64,000 nucleotides of DNA from an uncultured virus (IMG/VR IMGVR_UViG_3300020048_000013). Lineage: Duplodnaviria > Heunggongvirae > Uroviricota > Caudoviricetes. A model generated the notes under the pieces. That model did no database searches. It was not told where the DNA came from and worked only from the letters and a program-made list of their open reading frames with translations. Position numbers and translations under genes: made by a program. Shown here in pieces: positions 60,066 to 64,000 of the stretch. Location: IMG/VR virus record IMGVR_UViG_3300020048_000013, one strand, 5' to 3'. How positions within the stretch are numbered: position 1 is the stretch's first letter; each line of letters begins with the position of its first letter.

Positions 60066-60506
60066 TTATAAAATAAATTTAAAGTTGACATTTGATTTTA
60101 TATGACTAAAAAGAAATTTTCCGTCATTCTGTAGAGGAATTTCTAACGTAAAAACATACTTAGGAATATCTTCTTTACTCTTTACTGTCAAATTAGTAAT
60201 CATGACTTTTATAAACTGTGCTTCGCAATAAGGAACATTTTCCGATTCTATTTCAGAAAACATGACACTTGTGTTTATCGTTGTCTGATCACCAAAATCT
60301 ACACTTAAAAATGGCATTGGTTGAATATTTAATAATGTAGATGCTATTGCAGAATTAAATTCTGTTAAAGAATCATAATCAATATCATCAGATTCTAATT
60401 TAACTTTATAAATTTCGAATCTTTCTTTTTCTCCACTACCATTAGTTTCTATTTTAGCACCAGCAGATACCGATGTTATTTTTCCTGTAAACATTTTATT
60501 AAACAT
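60066..60506 (-). CDS. Hypothetical protein
   Basis: 146 aa ORF. Confidence 0.65.
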   Translation of the reverse strand: MFNKMFTGKITSVSAGAKIETNGSGEKERFEIYKVKLESDDIDYDSLTEFNSAIASTLLNIQPMPFLSVDFGDQTTINTSVMFSEIESENVPYCEAQFIKVMITNLTVKSKEDIPKYVFTLEIPLQNDGKFLFSHIKSNVNFKFIL

Positions 60507-61607
60507 TATATTTCTCCAATTCTTCTTTACTGTTTTTTACTTTAAGATAAGATGATGCATTAGTAATACTATCCAACACTTCCATTTCTTTTTTAAATGG
60601 ATTTAATATAATAGTCGGCATTATTCCAGACGAATCATTGAATCCCAGTTGTCTTGTATATGGATCAGCGACCTTATAACTAGAAGGTCTAATTGCAACT
60701 CTTCTCTTGCCTTTCCAATTAAATAATTCCCAGGCATCTTCATGATTATGAGCAACAATTACAATATCAGAATCATAAACACCATTTCTCAACAATTGTT
60801 TTGCACAATTTGTTAAATTTATGTTACTTTGATGTGAATATTTGTGTCTCATATAAAGCTCATAAGATACTCCAGAAGGAAATTCGAAAGTTATGAGATA
60901 TTGATGACTACAATAATGCACTTTATTATCCTTCACCAAATTTCCAACAATATCTATTCCAGAAACTTGTTTAGATCTCAAATCATGATTTCCGCCAACA
61001 ACAGCAAGAATTTTTTCTGCCGTCATTGTATTAATCCAATGAGTTAATAATGCAGTTTGTTCTTTTGGACTTGTCGTNNNNNNNNNNTCGTAGCATTAAT
61101 AACTGCTTCCTGCATCTTAGAATTGATAAAATTATCTATCAAATCTCCAGCATGAATTACTCCCAAATAATCGCTATTTCTGATAGCTTCAGCATCAATT
61201 CTCATTTTTTCATAATCACAACCTTCTCCGCCGATATGAGAATCTGATAGAACTACGATTCCAAAAAACTCATCGTATGGTAATTTCACAACAAGCTTAT
61301 CATCTTTTTTCCAATCATCGATATATAATTTAGATCGATATTCCATCTGTCTCCAAAATTCTTCTCTTTCTTCTTCTAAAACTTCGTCGGGTTTAATATT
61401 GTCTATAAAAGTAATAGGCAATCTTTTTGACTGATTATTAATTCTCACATTATGTGACAATTTATTATCTTTTATACAACATCTGACTGATTCGGCAGTC
61501 GTTCCCAATTCCCTTGCTATTTTTTCATATTGTCCGTTTAATCCTAGGACCAATGGATTTTCTTTCAAATAATTCATCAATCTAATTTTCAAATCACCTT
61601 TTGCCAT
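60499..61607 (-). CDS. Calcineurin-like metallophosphoesterase with N-terminal HTH-like segment (two track ORFs joined across an N gap)
   Basis: SDSHIG and GDLID before the gap; GNHD, RH and AHNH after; downstream frame open to the gap. Confidence 0.85.
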
Positions 61608-61640
61608 GCGTACTCCTTTTTTAATTATACTTATAAAAAT

Positions 61641-61680
61641 AAAAACCCCAAAACATAATTTTTATGAAATTTGGGGTTTT
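61641..61680 (-). terminator. Intrinsic terminator after the SPFH gene
   Basis: AAAACCCCAAA...TTTGGGGTTTTT. Confidence 0.65.
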
Positions 61681-61689
61681 GTGTAAAAA

Positions 61690-62959
61690 TTATTTACTCA
61701 ACTTTTCCGTAATTCCAAGAAGCATGTTGATGCCAATTGCATCCATAACACTGTTACTTCCGCCTTTACCATCTCCGCCACCCATAACAATAGTAGGAAC
61801 TTTAACTTTTGCTAACTCTGCAGCCACACCAACTTTGGTCTTATAATCCCATTCTGCTCTTTCTTGTGGAGNNNNNNNNNNATCTACTTGCTTCGGAATC
61901 AGCTTGTCCTCTGAAAATTGTAGCTTTCTTTTCTTCTTCTGCTTGTTTAGCTTGTAACTGAGCAACTTTATATTCCTGTTCAGCTTTTATAACTCCAACT
62001 TCATATACTTTCTGAGCATCAGTAACTTCTTTAACTTTTTCAACCTCTCTTGTATATTTTGCAGTAGCCACATTCGCTTTACCTTGTTCTTCTGCTGTGA
62101 TAGCATCCTGTTTAGCTCTTAATGCTGACTGTTTTGCAAGTTCTGTTTTCATTGCTTCATTCTTTCTTGCTGCAATTTGTTTTTTAACTTCATCATCAAA
62201 ATCAGGTATATCAATTACACATTCCGCAACTTCACAACCAAGTTCCTGTAATCTTGTCGGAACTCTTTTTGCTGTTCCATCTTCATTATATACAATAACA
62301 GTAACACTCTGTTCTACCATTTCGCCTGTTGCTATATTTTCAACTTTAACAACTTCTTTCTTAGTTACATAAATACCATTTCTTAATTGGTCATCAACTG
62401 ATTGCTGAAATAATGCGACATTTGTATAAGCATCCTGTGCTGTTCTTAAATTGGCGGATAGTTTAATAGCATTGTTTACAATAGGAACTACACCACTTCT
62501 AATAAAATGCTCATAACCACCTTCATAATCTCTTTTTAAAACCAAACATCCTTCAGTAGTTGTGGGCAATTTAACCCTAACAAGACCCGATATTTTAGCA
62601 ATAGAACCATCATTAAATATAACATCTACTGGAACCGCGCCTTCACCAACATCAGCAATATCACCAGCACCGAATCTCAAAGTAGCCACATTTCTATAAG
62701 TATCAATAGTACCAAATCCTTGAATATACAATCCTGGATTGTGTCTCACAGACATAGTTCCCGACCAAGCCGCCTGTTTAATCTGAAAATGCCCCGCTTT
62801 ATTAGTTTCCCATATTTTACCCGAAAATATTACTAACATTATCAGTCCTATAGCAACAACACCCATAAGAACAGATTTTTTGATTGATAGTTTCGACCAA
62901 TCGAATTTATTATATTTGTTAACTGTGTCGTCTGATTCTTCTTCTCTATTGAATCCCAT
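61690..62959 (-). CDS. SPFH/band 7 family membrane protein (C-terminus in a second frame across an N gap)
   Basis: N-terminal TM, SPFH-like core, AE/AQ-rich coiled coil, VPTIVMGG tail. Confidence 0.8.
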
Positions 62960-62960
62960 T

Positions 62961-63203
62961 TTAATTCTCCTTTTTATTAAATTTTTCTTCTTTCAGTTTA
63001 TCCAATTTGTAATTAGCTTGTGCTAATTGTTTTGGGTCAATTTCATCTAATTTTTCTTTCAGTTCTACTAGTTTGTGATAATCTTCTAATGTTTTATCAA
63101 CCAAGTCTGAAAGTTCGTCTTTCTTTTCTTTTTTATCTGATACTGTAAGCATGTATATGATAATAAATGCTACTATAATCATTGTAAAATATGCAAATGG
63201 CAT
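62961..63203 (-). CDS. Small membrane-anchored coiled-coil protein
   Basis: N-terminal TM, directly upstream of SPFH. Confidence 0.6.
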   Translation of the reverse strand: MPFAYFTMIIVAFIIIYMLTVSDKKEKKDELSDLVDKTLEDYHKLVELKEKLDEIDPKQLAQANYKLDKLKEEKFNKKEN

Positions 63204-63592
63204 TATTTCACCTCTTCTTTTTTAGTTTCATCTTTAAATTCTTCCATAATATCTATAACATCTTGTTTAAGAATGTCGTGAATATCTTTTACTCCTGTCT
63301 TTAAACTATCAACTCGGTCATAAGTGACATTTTGAGCTACTACCATTGTTATTAAAGTTTTTCTATCTGGCATTAGTGTGGCTATTGTAATACTAATGAT
63401 AAACATCAAAGAAACGACCCATCTCGTTAATATAGAAGGTTTTTCAGAATAATCAAATCCTCCCGAAATATTCATAATACCATATATAACAATCGCACAA
63501 CCCAACAAGAAAGCGAGTATTGTAAACAAACCGCCGATATTTGGGATAACATTAATCCAGTAAACCAACCAAGGACTTATAATAGGTGTCAT
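63203..63592 (-). CDS. Phage membrane protein
   Basis: PIISPWLVYW, two TMs, P.RKT...M. Confidence 0.65.
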   Translation of the reverse strand: MTPIISPWLVYWINVIPNIGGLFTILAFLLGCAIVIYGIMNISGGFDYSEKPSILTRWVVSLMFIISITIATLMPDRKTLITMVVAQNVTYDRVDSLKTGVKDIHDILKQDVIDIMEEFKDETKKEEVK

Positions 63593-63891
63593 TTTGTTTC
63601 TCCTTTATTTTTTCCCGATTTTTTGACTTTAGTGTTTGTTTTAAATGCTTTATCGAGTCTTTCACGAACTTCTGCTTCAGTCATTTCTTTTGATATCATT
63701 GACGAACCTGATAGTTCTGTTACCAATATCCCCCTTCCTTTTGTCAAAACTCCGACAGTCGATCCTCTTACTACTTTCTTCCACAACATTTTTGAGCAAA
63801 AACTCCATCCAGTATTGCTATTTACCATCATGTTTGCTCTTTCATCAGGAACTCTTTTAATTTCTCCTGTTTCATTCGATATACACTTCAT
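63589..63891 (-). CDS. Hypothetical protein
   Basis: 100 aa with GGAGG RBS. Confidence 0.65.
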   Translation of the reverse strand: MKCISNETGEIKRVPDERANMMVNSNTGWSFCSKMLWKKVVRGSTVGVLTKGRGILVTELSGSSMISKEMTEAEVRERLDKAFKTNTKVKKSGKNKGETK

Positions 63892-64000
63892 AGGTGTTTC
63901 CTCCGTGTTTTTATTTCTCTCCGTTAATAATAAAACCCCTACTCAGGGAGAGAGTCCTTTCGGGGTTCAAAAATTATTGTAATCTTTCTGTAATGACATC

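Noticed and set aside
5860..61881. Apparent frameshifts near 5870, 10805, 15398, 61080 and 61875
   Set aside because: Each coincides with a 10-N scaffold gap, so they are assembly artefacts rather than programmed frameshifts.
1849..63982. Plus-strand ORFs in the track
   Set aside because: Short antisense shadows of minus-strand genes, with no recognisable motifs.
1..64000. Genome-wide stop-codon reassignment
   Set aside because: Core genes are full length under code 11, and TGA/TAG end genes at ATGA overlaps or next to terminators; only one TGA looks read through.

Overview
AT-rich, tightly packed segment of a large T4-like (myovirus-type) phage genome, with essentially all real genes on the minus strand and the standard genetic code. 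It has several 10-N scaffold gaps that artificially split genes. Recognisable core genes cover the head (gp20, gp21, gp22, gp23, gp2, gp4), tail completion (gp3), late sigma (gp55) and replication/recombination (gp45, gp62, gp61, RNase H, gp46/47, plus a family-B polymerase apparently split into two genes about 41.5 kb apart). Accessory genes include dUTPase, NUDIX, NADAR, two DNA methyltransferases, an RNA ligase, a HAD phosphatase, a GIY-YIG endonuclease, a SleB-like hydrolase and an SPFH protein. Nine TTGAC(A/T)-N17-TATATT promoters and many TATAAATA late promoters are visible. The most unusual observations are: (1) a phage-encoded set of three type IV minor-pilin-like genes in PilV-PilW-PilX order behind a late-promoter motif; (2) within that cluster, a gene with an in-frame TGA followed by a bacterial-SECIS-like hairpin (candidate phage selenoprotein); (3) a shared C-terminal NFF(D/E)E(I/V) motif on the polymerase, RNase H and both methyltransferases, suggesting clamp-tethered methylation; (4) a pseudoknotted candidate ncRNA at 5363-5477. 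All protein calls come from motif recognition by eye; no searches were run.
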